Assembly (NCBI GenBank): GCA_964016885.1
Contig: OZ024743.1
Coordinates: 224,874,001 to 224,938,000 of the forward strand
Direction of reading: 5' to 3'
Length of the DNA: 64,000 nucleotides
Origin: Eledone cirrhosa
Taxonomy: Eukaryota
Below, in pieces: positions 43,952-58,872 of this stretch; position 1 is the first letter of the stretch, and each line of letters starts with the position of its first letter. The translations under genes were made by a program, and so were the position numbers. The notes beneath the pieces were generated by a model, which did not search any database, was not told the origin of the DNA, and was given only the letters and a program-made list of their open reading frames with translations.

Positions 43952-46314
43952 ATATGGAGAAGTTTATGAAATGGAAATGCGGGTATAAAGAATTTATTAG
44001 GTAACAATTGTTTCTATAGTGTATGGGTTACCTATACCTCGCTATTTGAATAATATAAAAATATTATCATAAACCGAAGGCACACTGTAAGAAAACACAC
44101 CATGTCTTCAGACCTTTGTAGTGGAATGATATGAAAATATTTTATACACTAGATAAAAGAGAAAGAAGGAGGTAAGTAGGGAAGGGGAAAAGGGAAGCGA
44201 GTAGGGGGGAGGGAGTCCTAGGATTTAAGATTGTCAGAGTAGTAGAGATTGTAAGGAGAGAATGCTTTGGCAGCAGTTAGCTTAATGAGGTGTGTTAGGG
44301 TTGGCGGGGGAAGTAAATTCTTCTAGTGGTGTTGTTTGGACAAAATTTAGTTAAAGGGGTCAAAGTGGTACAGAGTTACAGACAAGTTATTGGGGCTATT
44401 ATAGTAGCAGGTTATTTCTAAAGGGGTCCCAAAACAGTGTTTAGTACTATTATTATAGAAAGCCATATCGTGTGTATAAACATATAAAACAGAAATTTGC
44501 AAACGGTGGTGTAAAAAGGTAACATTACATGCATTTAAAAAAAGAAAAAGTCGTTTTCAAACGATGGTTACAGTAAAGTGAACGTTCAATTTTGCTGTTC
44601 AAAAGTTTGTTTTCCGACGTTAAAATGCAGTATAACTCCATATTGCATAATTTACAGAATCAATGATTTTGCTTATATGCAGGCGCAACTGTAATAATTT
44701 GCCAATCAAGGGAGAATGCTTGATTGTTCCTCCGGAGCTGCCAGGCTTTATCCGCGAGGGTTGTTACGGAGCGCATTTTCTCGTGCCTGATCGAAGATCG
44801 ATGTTGGTATAGGCGAGCTTTGAAAGATGTTGCGGTACATCCGACGTAATACCATTTGTTGGTTCCGGAATTTATTGTACATTGGTAGACAATATTGCGT
44901 GCTAGGCACTGGTTATTCAGTGGGCACGTACCTAGTTTGGTGCAGTTACAGTTATTTTTATGTTTTGCAGTAGTATCCTGGATAGTTTGGTGGGTTTGTA
45001 GTTGCGTGTTAGTGCGTTGTATGTTGCTATGCTGGTGCGCTGTGTCATTAGGGATGTACTTATTTAGTATTGCTGAGTTGAGTTTTTTAATTAGTTGTTC
45101 TATGTTAGGTGCAGTGGAGTATGAGAGTCTAATGGTGCGCGAGTTAAAGATTTTATAGTATTTATGTGAAGTTGTAAAGTGTTTATTGATTAGTGTATAG
45201 AATTGTGAGATAATCTTAGTGCTAATAGAAATATTGTACACGGGGTTATACCATATGTACTCTCTACGTCTGACTCTATTTGCTGGTTTGCACCTATTAG
45301 TATGCCTATTGATGTGTGTGTGTGTGATGCAATACTAGTTCGACTTAGATGTGTTTTATTCATAGTACTAATGTGGTTATCGTCTAGATATTCTATTTTC
45401 TCGCAGTAACCAGCTTTTCTAAGTGCGTCATTATAATATTCAGCATGCTCATTGAAGGTCTGCAGATTAGACGACAGTCAGGAGACCCTTATGGATATAT
45501 TTTTAGGGATAGATTTAATAATGGAATGGGGATGGTTCGATTTTACATTAACGTACTTGAACAGCAAAATTGAACGTTCACTTTACTGTAACCATCGTTT
45601 GAAAACGACTTTTTCTTTTTTTAAATGCATGTAATGTTACCTTTTTACACCACCGTTTGCAAATTTCTGTTTTATATGTTTATACACACGATATGGCTTT
45701 CTATAATAATAGTACTAAACACTGTTTTTGGACCCCTTTAGAAATAACCTGCTACTATAATAGCCCCAATAACTTGTCTGTAACTCTGTACCACTTTGAC
45801 CCCTTTAACTAAATTTTGTCCAAACAACACCACTAGAAGAATTTACTTCCCCCGCCAACCCTAACACACCTCATTAAGCTAACTGCTGCCAAAGCATTCT
45901 CTCCTTACAATCTCTACTACTCTGACAATCTTAAATCCTAGGACTCCCTCCCCCCTACTCGCTTCCCTCTTCCTCTTCCCTTCCTACCTCCTTCTTTCTC
46001 TTTTATCTAGTGTATAAAATATTTTCATATCATTCCACTACAAAGGTCTGAAGACATGGTGTGTTTTCTTACAGTGTACCTTCGGTTTATGATAATATTT
46101 TTATATTATTCAAATAGCGAGGTATAGGTAACCCATACACTATAGAAACAATTGTTACCTAATAAATTCTTTATACCCGCATTTCCGTTTCATAAACTTC
46201 TTCTCCATATTTTCTCCGGATTTTAAAACACACTTTATTATACGTTAAGCAATCTCCGACGTTGGTTGACTCCATCCAATATGACTACTTAGTAACATTG
46301 GAATACAAATTTAC

Positions 46315-46316
<2 letters not shown>
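43952..46316 (-). mobile_element. 5'-truncated Penelope-like element with ~650-bp inverted 3' copy (arms 43952-44602 and 45558-46210)
   Basis: ORF 44660-45241 (KIFNSRTIRLSYS, CNC..CPL..CL, IVYQC..YVG..FKARL.QH) is a GIY-YIG endonuclease; the frame continues, with stops, to about 45545. Flanked by (TA)n. Confidence 0.9.
46044..46160 (+). ncRNA. Hammerhead in the PLE arm (mirror copy at 43999-44115 on -)
   Basis: aggt-CTGAAGA-[extended stem II region]-GAA-ACAATTGT-T-acct followed by AATAAA. Confidence 0.65.
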
Positions 46317-46346
<30 letters not shown>

Positions 46347-46697
46347 ACATCTGCATCTCCCTTACATGTGGTCCCACATTCTACCAAGTGCATTTTATCT
46401 TGGCACCAGTACTAGTGATGCTGTAATGTCTTTGACACAACTGAAGGGTACTTCTAACCCTATGTTTGGCAAGATTGCTATGGCTGGATGCCCTTCCTAT
46501 TGCTAACCACTTTATTTTAGTTTGTCTAAATGATATCTCCCCAATTGAGATGTTGGCTTATGTTTAATATGTTGCATATATATAAGTTGTGTGCTAAGCA
46601 GCCAAGTATATAGAGGTAACTGAAACTGCATAAATGTGTATATAAATTTACACATTTTTAGTATATAGACATGTAAATAACATGCCAAATATATATA

Positions 46698-46774
46698 CAG
46701 GGTGTCCCCACCAAATGTATACACACTTCAACAGCATTCTAATCAAAGTGTTATACATTTTTGGGGACACCCTG
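46698..46774. mobile_element. 77-bp Tc1/mariner-type MITE
   Basis: TA|CAGGGTGTCCCCA...TGGGGACACCCTG|TA: terminal inverted repeats with a TA target duplication. Confidence 0.85.
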
Positions 46775-48179
46775 TATATTGAAAAAAATTATAAATACCA
46801 TCTATCATTTTTCACTTTGCAGTATAATACATATATTAGAGAGGTTGTCATGATGGTAAGGTGTGATTTGAGGTAGATTTGGCTACTATTTCTATTAGGT
46901 TGAGCGACAATGTGGAGGTTTCTTCAGCCTGTGATAATCTGTTTATTTCAGTAGATGGTGTATTGATGATGAGTAGTCTTGAAAAAGTCAATTGCACAAC
47001 ATCTCAATGTTTCAATTGAATAGTCAGCCATTGTACATACAATTGTATACTCTATATATGATCTCAACTAATTTATATCCAGATCACTGAATACCAGCAG
47101 ATCTTATGTGGTTTCTTTCCAAGAGGTAATTATTTTCAGTTGATAAACTAAACTGATAAATTAATATGAACATAATTGCTATAACCCTTTTACCTAATAA
47201 ATGTATTTAATGTTATACATTGAAGCTTAGAACTAATGATAATTAAGCAGGAAATCTAGATGAATTTGAAGATAAAAAGCTGTCAGTATTCAATAACTGT
47301 TGAGATGCATATCTGTATATGATTCAAGTACTGGTTAGAAATTACAAGAAATAATGTGAGTTGTATAATGTGAGTATATAATTCTTGAAGAAAAATATAT
47401 GTTGAGAAAGTTATGCTCATTAGGAGGTCTGTTTTGAGGCAATGTTTCCTGGCACCAAGTCTTTTCACTAACTTTTACAACATGCAGAGGTATGGTGTAC
47501 CTATTCTAAATCGGATTCACACAGAGTATGATGCAAATAGATCTAGTGATAAATATGGTGAAGAGAAATGAAATGAGATGTTTGCGTCATGTGTCCGAAA
47601 TGGAAATGAATGTGGAAAGAAATTTAGGAAAAAAAAAACCAAGGAAGACATGGCTAAAGATGATGAAAGAGAAAATGAAAGCCAGGGGATTTGTGAAAGA
47701 GGCGGATTAAGACAAGGCAAAATGGAGAAGCTTGTTATGGGCAATGGAATGTTAACCCCTGCTTTAGCAAGGAAATGGTCTTAAAACAATTGTTGTTGAG
47801 ATCATGAGCTTGGTGATGTAACTTAAGGGTCATTCAGCATTTATCTGGGGATGATAAAACTATATTTTATTAACCCTTTCATTAACACATTTCTAATGAA
47901 AGATATTGGCTATGATTTTCTAATCATTTAAAAATAATCAAGATTTAACTAACTTACTCATTTTTAAGCTGAGGTTTAATACATATTTTAATAAAAAATT
48001 CTTACATATAATTATGATGGAAGTATTTTTTAAATATAATAAGCAGTTTTATACTGTAGAAGAACCAGGGGCAGTTTTAGTTGGTTGTCATAAAAAGAGT
48101 TAAGGAAGGCAGAAAACCCCTAGCCAAAGATTCTGTTTACCAGGCATGTAATATTTTCAGTCATGATTTATGAAAGCTG

Positions 48180-48720
48180 AAGGAGTTCTGGTCTGAGACC
48201 ATGGATAATCGCACCAATTACTCCAAAACCCTTCAGAGGAACTTCATTTGGCTGCTTGTGTTCAAAATTGTATTCTTTCAGTCATTAGCCAAGATTCATG
48301 ACGATAGGTAAGGGTTGGCACAAATACCAAATTGAAGATAGCAAGTTGAGCTTTTACACCTTCTTCTGATTACCAAATGCTGAAACTGGCACACTACTGC
48401 ACCTGCTCCTGCAATTCTTGCACAAATTTCAGCCTCCCACCTTCCATCACTCATGGACATGGCCCCAAGATACTTGAACTTCTCCACCTGCTTCAGTGGA
48501 ACTCCATTCACATGTAGAGTTCTCTGCACAAGCTTCCTTGAGAGGGCAAATGTCTCAGTCTTCGCAGCATAGATTTTCATTCCAGCCATGCAGCACTCAA
48601 CATCAAACCTATGAAATGTATGTCAGAGATCATCTTCTGATGAGTTAAGTAATACTATGTTGTCTGCAAATTCCAGCTGACTGATCCTACAGCCACCAGT
48701 CATGGTACCACTTCCAACCT
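48180..48720 (-). mobile_element. Old RTE-type RT remnant (different family)
   Basis: FADNIVLL..GMKI..KTE..LKQVEKFKYLG..EAEICARI. Confidence 0.65.
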
Positions 48721-48938
48721 GTTTATCTGAACACAAATACTAAGGCATTGGTATGTGATTATTAAAATAAGTATGTCTGTGTAAAAGGATATACTTATGA
48801 TGTTGTTCTTTAGTCCTGAGATAGCTCTCATCAAGGAGACCTATGATGAAAAGGGGATGGCTTAGGTAGAGTATGAAGTGGACCATCATATATTTTCTTC
48901 AAAGATAGTGTATCTATCTAGCAAAAAATAAATAATAA

Positions 48939-48973
<35 letters not shown>

Positions 48974-49463
48974 ATGAAAAATAACCAGTGAAAACTAGAG
49001 ATAATTTATGTTGCTAAGACAGATAGTTAATTAAATTCATAAAATAAGATAAATTTGTGTGCTATGTGTAAAGTAAGTTTTGATGTATCAGACAGGTTCA
49101 TATTTTTGAAACATTAGAACTCAACCCACCTAAGTCTCCAAGTCACCTTAGTATAGAATACATTGATCTGTAAGGCACTAAATAATAGAATGGGACATGA
49201 CTTAGGAATAAATTCAGAAAGAAATCACTTCACAAAAACTGATTAATATGAAATAGCTATATTTAAACAATGACATATGTTTGACATATGTTGATGCGCT
49301 AAGGACAGACGCAGGTCTCTTGGAGACGCAGGATATGGCGGCGATGATGAAGGACAGAGACCGCTGGAGAGAACTTGTTCATGGATCTTGGGAATTTTAC
49401 CCGCCCTAGATAGATAGATATTTAAACAAAACTGATATTGAAAAGAAAGAACAATAAACTTAC

Positions 49464-49516
49464 ATATTTTATAACTTTTAACTGCAGAGATATTGCATCA
49501 GGATCAAAGAGTTCAG
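49464..49516 (-). CDS. PDE2A: Internal coding exon of a PDE2-like cGMP-stimulated phosphodiesterase (start of GAF-A): [x]ELFDPDAISLQLKVIKY
   Basis: Minus strand reads ctttttcttttccag | CT GAA CTC TTT GAT ... AAA TAT | gtaagt. Peptide resembles vertebrate PDE2A ELYDLDASSLQLKVLQY (recalled, not searched). Ends in phase 0, matching the next exon. Confidence 0.85.
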
Positions 49517-51170
49517 CTGGAAAAGAAAAAGAATGAAATCAATTAAATTATTTTTTAAAGTAAGCAATGCATATAGATGTTTTTCCTCACCTCAAGCAAA
49601 GCAATAAAGCCACTAAAATGTAAAACATTACTGGTAAGGAAAAATGCATAGAGAACATAATTCAAGGAGAGAGAAGATGACAATTGATGTTGCTTTTGAA
49701 GTTTTTGCAAATTGTAGTTGTCAGGAAGCAAGAAGTTAGAGAGAATTCCATAGGTGAGATGTGTGAGGGAATAAACTATCAAAATAGAATTTACGATTAC
49801 ATATATACATATATGAATAGAAATGCGTGAAAAGGGAAAATTACTTTCTTGGCATGCAAATGATATGGATTTGCACAAATTCAATTTTGCAGCTTATTTA
49901 ATTTAATACAACAAAGTTTATTCTCTATAAAATGGGTACTGTTTTCACAATAAGCAGAGATCACATAAAAACAGTTACTTGAGTGATGTCGAATGTGATA
50001 GGCATAGACGTGATTGAAACAGCCCAGCATACCATCTTTGATAAAATCTCAACTAATACCAACTTTCAAATATATCAATTTTCTATTAACTGCTAAAAAT
50101 AAGTTGTGTAGCAAATAACGTATATCAAAAATATAAAAATCATCATCATCATCTCATCATCATCATGTAAAACCTATTTTGTCATATGGGAATTATATAT
50201 AGTTGAAACATATTTGATTTTGTGGTTCATTTAATCTAATACTTAAGTATAATAACTATACTCCCTGAGTGTCTATCTAACAATTTACATAAACACACAC
50301 ATACATATCACCATCATCATCATTTAACGTCTATTTCTTCACACTTGCATGAGTTAGACAGATTGTCCCATAATGAGACAAGTTAGTCAAAAGACTAACA
50401 TGCTCATGCTGATCTGTATTTTGGCTTGGTTTCTATGACTGGATGCCCTTCCTATGTATGTGCATATATATATATATGTGTGTGTGTAATCAGTTTCAAC
50501 AGTGACATATACAGGTACATAAGTTTTGTTGGGTTGTTTAGTCAAACTCATTCAGCCTGCACAATTAAAAAAATTGATTCCATCAGTAGCGATTTTAAAA
50601 AGTACAGGAGAGTTCTAAGGGCAGGTAATCCCCAAATTATCCTATAGTTAGACAAATACCTTTAATTTTGTGAATGAAATGGGAAGTAACTCTATAAAAA
50701 AAAACAAAGATAGGCAACTTGTGTCTCACAAGGAGCCAAGGGTTAATTTGAAAAGTTGAAAAAAATTAATCTGGTCTAGACTATTTTTCAGAACAAATTT
50801 TTGTTTATTGGTGATGTGGAATTTCATGCTTTTGGTACAAGAGTAGCCTATTTTTACTGTGTGGTGGTTGAATATTTGATGGTATTTATGGTCTACAAGA
50901 ACGTGAGGAGTGCTAGAAATTTTCTACCTACATTAGTCTTAATATTGAGCATGAATGGAGGCATGAACCACACAACGGCTTTATGTCCAAATTTTTCTTG
51001 ATAGATATAGGGTGGTGATCTGGAGAGGAAAAGATCATCCTATGAACTGAGTGCTCTAAGCCCTTGGATATTTATATCAAGTTTCATTATCATCATTATT
51101 TTTATGCCCATTTTTCCACAATTGCATAGGTTGTACTACAATACATATATATTAATATATATATATATAT

Positions 51171-52870
51171 ATCATCATCATCATCATCATCACTGTTTTA
51201 CGTCCGTTCTTCCATGCTAGCATGGGTTAGATGGGTTGTCCTGTTGTGGGTAGGGTCTGGTTGGCTGGCCATGCCTTGCTCATACAGGAACTGATTTGGC
51301 TTGATTTCTACAGCTGGATGCCCTTCCTAACACCAACCTCATTTACAGTGAGTGCTGGGTGCTTTTTCTGTGGCACATACACGTCCACTTTACAGTGTGG
51401 GCTGGGTGCTTTTTTGCCGTGGCACCTCCATGACCACCTTGCAGTGGGAGGGTGTGGGGGCATATTGTCTATATGCTTCAGCTTGTACCCATGAGAGGTT
51501 GGGTACTCTGTATTACTGCATGACGCCAGAGGTCACGGTCGTTTGTCATCGCCTTTGAGAGGTGTAATTGGGTAAGGTCGGCTTTTATCACCTCATCCCA
51601 GGTCTTCTTGGGTCTCCCCCACTCCGCGGTTTCCATTGACTTCTAGTGCTCTGCACCTTTTTATGCAGCTGTCATCCTTCATACGCATCACATGTCTATA
51701 CCAACGCAACCGCCTCTCCTGCACACAGCATTTGATTCCTCTTATGCTCAGTCTCTCTCTCAATTCATTTATGCTTTGTCGTTCGCGTATATTACTATTA
51801 CACATCCATCGGAGCATGCAGGCTTCGTTTCTTCAGCGCCCAGGTCTCACTACCATGTAACATTGCTGTTCGGATACACGCATCATACAGTCTGCTTTTC
51901 ATTTTGAGGGAGAAGCCTTTTGCAGCTAGCAGTGGCAGTAGCTCCCTGAACTTCTTCTATCTCGTTATTACCCTAGTTATTGTACTTTCTGAACACTCAC
52001 CTCCGCTGTTAATTCGGTCACCTAGGTAGCAGAAGCTGTCTACTGTTTCTACAGAGCCTTCCCAGAGATTGGTGGTACTTGTTACCTGTGGCTGTTTGCT
52101 GCTTGCTGTCCCAGCACAGCTGCTACATGTGAAGCCTACATTCTTAATTAAGCTTCCTGAGATCCTGCTACAACTCTTGTGTACCCATTGTTTGCATTTG
52201 GGGCAGAGAATGGAGTTCCTACCTACACCTTTCCTACATACTGAGGAAGACCATTTCCCTGAGGGGATCTGGGTTCTGTTTTCTCTTCTACCTACAAGGA
52301 CCTTAGTCTTTGTCATGTTGACTTTGAGACCCTTTCTTTCTAGTCCCTGCTTCCAAGTTTGGAATTTATTCTCTAGTTCTACCATAGATTCAGCTATAAG
52401 TGCGAGATCATCAGCATACAGGAGTTCCCATGGGCATCCGGTCTTAAACTCCTCCGTTATTGCCTTCAGGACTATGAAGAACAGAGACCTGGTGGACACC
52501 AACCTGTACGCTAAATTCCTCGCTATACTCATTGTTAATCCTAACTTTGCTGACTGCTCCCCTATACATGGCTTGTACAGCTTTCACAAGCCATTCATCT
52601 ACTCCTAGTTTTCTAAGAGCCCACCAGATTACAGCACGTGGAACTCTGTCAAAGGCTTTCTCGAGATCGGCGAATGCCAGGTAGAGTGGCTTACTTTTTG
52701 CTAGGTACTTTTCCTGTAACTGCCTCACAAGGAAGAGGGCATCAGTGGTGCCTCTTCCTGGTACAAACCCAAATTGCATCTCATCTAGTTTCACTCAGTC
52801 CCTAATCAACTTTGCTATAACTATTTCTGTTACTTTCATGACCTGGTCCATCAGCTTTATACCTCTATAG
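51171..52870 (-). mobile_element. 5'-truncated RTE LINE, second subfamily
   Basis: ORFs 52444-52794 and 51957-52532 (QFGF, DLEKAFD, YADD); 3'UTR and (CAT)n tail. Confidence 0.9.
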
Positions 52871-52889
52871 TTTATATATATATATAAAT

Positions 52890-53463
52890 CTTTTCCAATG
52901 CTGGGAAAGCTCCATAGAAATAGAAGTAGTAGTTAATAGCTTCTGTTACCTAAGTGACCTAATTAGCAGTGGAGGAGGTTGCCCTAAGAGCAGAGTAGTA
53001 AGAATAAGAACAGGATACAAAAAGTTTAGGGAATTACTATCCGTCTTGATAATAAAAGGTTTGAAAATAATGAAAGGATGGCTATTTAATGCATGCATGT
53101 AAAGTGCATGGGCTTGAGGTATGAGTAGTGAATACAGAGGAGAGAAATGAAGTGAGCATGTTTCAACGGATTTGTGACGTTAATTTGTATGGATGAAATT
53201 AGGAATCAGATATACTGTGCATGAGAGAAGACTGTGCTTGATGATAATTATTATGTGAAGAAGTGCCTAGAGATCTCAGTGGAAGAAGCAGTAGTAGGGA
53301 AAGACAAAGGAAGACATGGGCAGAGGTCTTGAGAGCTAATCTTAAATTCTTGAACCTCACAGGCCTGATGAAAGAATGCAATAAGAAGAGGGAAGCTATG
53401 ATGGAAAAGACTCATCATACACATGCAATCAATGGACACAAATGGACGATGATGATGATGATG
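52890..53463 (+). mobile_element. Degenerate RTE 3' fragment
   Basis: SFCYLSD.ISSGGG..RIRTG.KKFRELL and a (GAT)n tail. Confidence 0.7.
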
Positions 53464-54358
53464 AAACATACAGCATTGCACTATATACATATACCTGCAT
53501 TTTCTTCATCACCATCATTTCAACTGTAACTACCACATCCTTGTTTTAGTCATAGTGCAGCTAGAACTACATTATCTTTAGATATATATCTTTTCTTTAA
53601 AGTCCCCTTCCATCCTAGCTTGGCCAAGGACATAATGAGCATCTGAGTATTGTAATTCTGCCAGGAGTTAGTAATTGAACCAGTAATTGAAAGAACAAAG
53701 GAAATGTTTTAATTCATTTGATGTGATGATGGTTCCTTTCTTCTGTTAGCAGTTATGACTAGCAATGGAAAGATCAAAGGAAACATATAATGATCGACTA
53801 CTTTTAGTGTTGTATTGAGGTAATGCTGATGCCTTGATAAAATGCACCCAGCCAACTCTGTAATGTGGTAGTGCTGGAGTCATGATAAAAGGCTCCCAGT
53901 ACACTCTGTAAAGTTGTTGGTGTCAGGAAGAGTATCCAGCCATAGAAACCAATTAAAAAATGGAATGTTGCGTTGAGCAAGATGTGATCACCTCACCAAT
54001 CAAGCCTCAGAACGTGACAACCCCACTGGAAATAGACAACCCCAAGGGAAAAAGATATTAAAAACATTAGTGGTGTGATATATATATAAATTGATAAATT
54101 ACACGAATACACAAAATTCCATAATTGAAGTAACAATATTTATTATGTAACTTACACATGTTTTGTTAACATGTAAATAATTACATTTAGAATCACTAAT
54201 CTGATGTAGATTTCAGGATAATTCGACTTCACATATGCTGCACCACGAGTTTTACATATCAACTTGTCAAAGTCAAACATATGTGTGTGTATATATATCT
54301 ATATATATATATGCAAAAGAAACCAAAGAACGTTTACATACTCAAACAGTCTTTATTC

Positions 54359-54403
54359 ACTAACAATGTTTCATCGTCACCTATAGGCAGGAATCATCAG
54401 AGC
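54359..54403 (-). ncRNA. Hammerhead-like motif in a (TA)n-flanked PLE 3' remnant (54313-54535)
   Basis: Minus strand: gct-CTGATGA-ttcctgcctataggtgacgat-GAA-ACATTGT-T-agt followed by AATAAA; stems are weak. Confidence 0.5.
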
Positions 54404-55374
54404 TCAACAAATACTGTGTTGAGTATAAGCTCCACAATAACTTAGTCACACGAACAATCAGAAAAAAATAATAGGGGGATTGGAGATAGCTAACAAAGAG
54501 CTTCATGCTGGGGTTAATAAGCATCACTGCAAAATATATATATATATAATGAAATTCCACTGGGTTAGGATTGTGAAAAGATAGTGAAACCAGAATGAAA
54601 AAGAGACTAAACTTTTAAGTAGCACCTGTTTATCTAATTAAAAGATGTAAATTTACAGGTGAGATGCTAAACATAGGGCTGTTGCTAGTATTAAGGCCAA
54701 CTAAAATGCAAACCCAATTACTTAACTTTAAAGGACTTTTATATGAATATGTATAATTAAGTTAAATATATTACAAAATACTTGCAAATGATAAATATAT
54801 CACTGAACATCTTTGTGGTGTAGCAGTGTTCTAGAAATATTCAAATCAGTGGAAAGGGCCATTTGGTGTTATGACCAGTCACATGATTTGGTGTTATGAC
54901 CTGTCACATGATTTGTGGGGGTGGACTGTGTAGTAGAAAATGCAGGCAGAGTAGTTTTCTTAGTTAGCCCAGAGCAAGAAGAGTCAAAACGAGGTTTGTC
55001 AGTTTAATAAACTATGTTGAACTCATTTTATTTGAGGGGATTGGTTGCATAACTGGGAAAAGAAGGAACATATTGTAGAGCTAGCCCAGAGCCCTAAATA
55101 CTCAGTCACTGATACTAGCTGTCCAGATGACACATTAAATAGATCAATATGTATCAGGTAATAACCTAAGATTCTGATAGGGTGGTAAATGTTGGCAGAT
55201 ATATGTTTTAAAGAAACAGGTGCAAATGGAAATAACATAGGAGGTGGGGATAAAGTGAGATATTTAATATTATATAGATTATCATTTATATATGGATGTA
55301 ACTTGATCTATTTGGCTTTAGATTTTAAGCTAGCTAGCAACACATGTTGCATATTAATGTATCTCTGCATGGAT

Positions 55375-55510
<136 letters not shown>

Positions 55511-55734
55511 TGAGTGGGTGAGAGAGAGGGATGAGACTGAGGTGTTACCAATCTACCAAGAGCCCACAAAATAATATAATTTCTCCATCTGTTCCACAAC
55601 TATAGTCTGTTGTATGTATCCAATTTAGAATTGGTATACCATATCCTTCCATGTTGTAAGAGGCAAATAAATGTGGGCACCAGGAAAGCATCTGGCCATA
55701 AAACATTGCTTCAAAAAAGACTATTTATATATAT

Positions 55735-55813
<79 letters not shown>

Positions 55814-56669
55814 TGCAAGCATGGAAAAGTGGATGCAAAAATGATGATGATACAATAGGCTTCTGCAGTTTCCATCAAATAAATTCACTCATAAGGTTTT
55901 GGTAACCAGGGATTATAGAAGACATTTGCTCAAGGTGCCACACAGTAGGACTTAACTTGTAATTACGTGGTTCCAAAGCAACCTTTTAAGCACATAACCA
56001 TGCCTGTGCCTATTATACATGTATATATAATCCAACCCAGTGGATGTAAAGATAATGATGATGAACATGGAAAAACAGTCATGGTGATGTTGATTATTAT
56101 ATATACATATAGAGAGAGATAAAAGTAGATACATAGAGATAAATAGACAATTAGACAGACAGACAGACAAACAGACACAACAGACAAAAAGATAAAAATA
56201 TAATCAGATAGATAACCAGAAAACAGACAAGCTGATGAAGAAGTTTGTAGATAAAAATATATTACAATGAGTTGATTTGCTGTGAGGGGAGAAAAAATCC
56301 ATTTGTTCTTCTTTGAAGAGAAAAATATATTGAGACCAATAGCACAGTCACTAAAAAGTGAATGACAGACAAAGAAACAGACTCAAGAATACAGAGATTA
56401 AAAGATAACAAGGATAAATAAACAAATATCCATATAGTTAGATAACCAGACTTCTTGAAAGCTGCATATAAACATAGATAATATGTTTTAAAAAATGGAT
56501 CAAAATATTGGCTAGTCAATTAGAGCAAGTGTTATATAAGTTCCAAATAATATTACTTCTGGTTTAAACTCTTTTATATTCTTGAGTTCTATAACCCTTT
56601 TGATACAAATCTGCCTCAAAGTGTTCTAGGTTCTACAATACGAAGCTGTTTATTTTAAAGTGTTCATAT

Positions 56670-57010
56670 GGAGGCACATGGCTTAGTGGTTAGAGCATTG
56701 GCCTTGCAATCGAAAGGTTGTGAGTTCAATTCTCAGACCGGGCGATGTGTTGTTTCCTTAAGCAAGACACTTTATTTCACATTGCTCCAGTTTACTCAGC
56801 TGTAGAAATGAGATGATAGGGACTGGGGTCCATATTATTCCACTGCAAAGTGGTCGTGGAGGTGCCACGGCAAAAAAGCACCCAGCACTCACTGTAAATG
56901 AGGTTGGTGTTAGGAAGGGCATCCAGCTGTAGAAATCAAGCCAGACTCAGTTCCCGTCCCACCCTTGCAAGCAGGGAAAAGTGGACGTAAAATGAAATGA
57001 TGATGATGAT
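56670..57010 (+). mobile_element. Full-length tRNA-derived SINE with RTE-shared 3' tail
   Basis: Box A tggcttagtgg and box B gagttcaattc. The 3' end ccttgcaagcagggaaaag.ggacgtaaaatga(tga)n is shared with the RTE at 62190-62247. Confidence 0.9.
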
Positions 57011-58573
57011 TTATCTAAAAACCTTCTATCATAATTTTATGTAAGCACCTTTGTTAAGTCACGTCCCAAAGAAGGTTAGAAATATCATTAAGTCCTTCCG
57101 GATTTTTGATTATTTTCAAAATGATTTGAAAATCAGAAGCATTGTCTTTCATTAGAAATATGGTAACAAAAGGGTTACATTGTTGTAAGGGATTGTGTGT
57201 TTGTAATAACCCATCCATCTAACCCAGAGGTAGGTAATGTTTTTGATCTTGGGAGCATATTGTGAGAGCATAAGAGGATGAAGCGGTGGTGGTGGATATC
57301 AATATGATAAAAATAGAGGATCTTTAATTTTACAAATTTATTGGCATGCAATTTCTATTAAATTATTGATTTAGTCTTTTATTACCATGTTTCAATAAAA
57401 TAAACTGCTTTTGATTTCCAAATATTTTTTGAAAATAATGAAAAATTTAGAAAGATTTCCTAATATAAGTAACTTTCTCATTATTAAGCTGGTGCCTGGA
57501 GCACAACTTAACCTACTTCTGATAAAGAAATTGACAATGATACTGACTATGTTGATATTAAACAGAATAAGGATCTATGCTTATCCTTACAAAGAGTGTG
57601 ATTGAAACTGAAGGGAAAGGTATATGCTGTATGTGTGACGAGTGCTATGATTATAGGAGCAAGGTGTAGGTGACAAACGTGGAACAGCAGAAAAGGTTGG
57701 AAAGAACAATAATGAGAATGGTGCAGTGGATGAGTGGAGTATCACTAAGAGAGAAACGAAACAATGAATTTCAGAGGATGATGAAAATAGAGTCAGTAAA
57801 GAATGTTGTGAAAAGAAATAGACTAGCATGGTTGGGTTGGGTTATGAGTTGAAGAAGGATGAAAGTGACTTGGTGAGGGAAGTGATGGGAATGAATGTGA
57901 AAGGAAGCAGAGGAAGTGGAAGACCAAGAAATTAGCATTTAAACTGGCTGTATCCGACCAGAATTCTTTCCCCTTTTTTAAACCGGTAGTAACCAGCAGC
58001 CATGACAGACATTAAGATATCATTCTTAAAATAAACAATAACATCATTAAAATCTCCTAGACTTGAGACTATATGAGATAATCATGGGAGATAAAACCTT
58101 TACCAGGAAAATACAATAGTAAATATAGAGTAATGTAAATGCTAAAGGGTTAAAGAAGGAGGAATTGAATGCCAGGGGATGGTGAGGGAAGATTCAGACA
58201 ATAAGACAAAATGAAGAAGCTTTGTAATGGAGCGCCTAAGGTTGACCCCTGGTTTAGCAGAGAAAATGGTCCGTAAAAGGTTGTTGTAACAATGGCTCCC
58301 TTTGTAAATAATAGCTTAAAAAATTGGGTAAAATACCCTTATAGATGAGAAAAAGTGGCCATGTATAGTAAGGTGTGTGCTAATATATTTGACGTAGTAG
58401 ACTAAGACACTTCATTAAAATAATATCATTGTACTGAGGAAAATCATTGTCTAAATAAGAAATTATAGTTAAGGAAAGCAGAGGAGACAACCCCAGAATA
58501 TAACCCTTTTGATGCCAAACTAGCTGAAACTGCACCTGGTTCTATGATACAAAATTATTTATTTTAAAGTATT

Positions 58574-58626
<53 letters not shown>

Positions 58627-58694
58627 ATATATACCTTCCAGCATAATCTAATGTAAGAACCTTTGTTAAGTTATGTTCTAAACACTAGCTTAAT

Positions 58695-58872
58695 AATTGT
58701 TTCTACTTTAGGCACAAGGCCAGCAATTACCCAGTGCATTACTGGTACTTTATTTTATCGACCCCGTAAGGATGAAAGGCAAAGTCAACCTCGGCGGGAT
58801 TTGAACTCAGATCGTAAAGGGACGTAACTATGCTGGAAAGCATGGCGTCCGACCCTCTACTGATACTGCCAA
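58695..58872 (-). mobile_element. SINE, second family
   Basis: Reverse complement of 41201-41390. Confidence 0.8.

Noticed and set aside
56670-56750. tRNA gene
   Set aside because: The tRNA-like head is followed by SINE body and LINE tail in several copies, and it lacks a proper acceptor stem.
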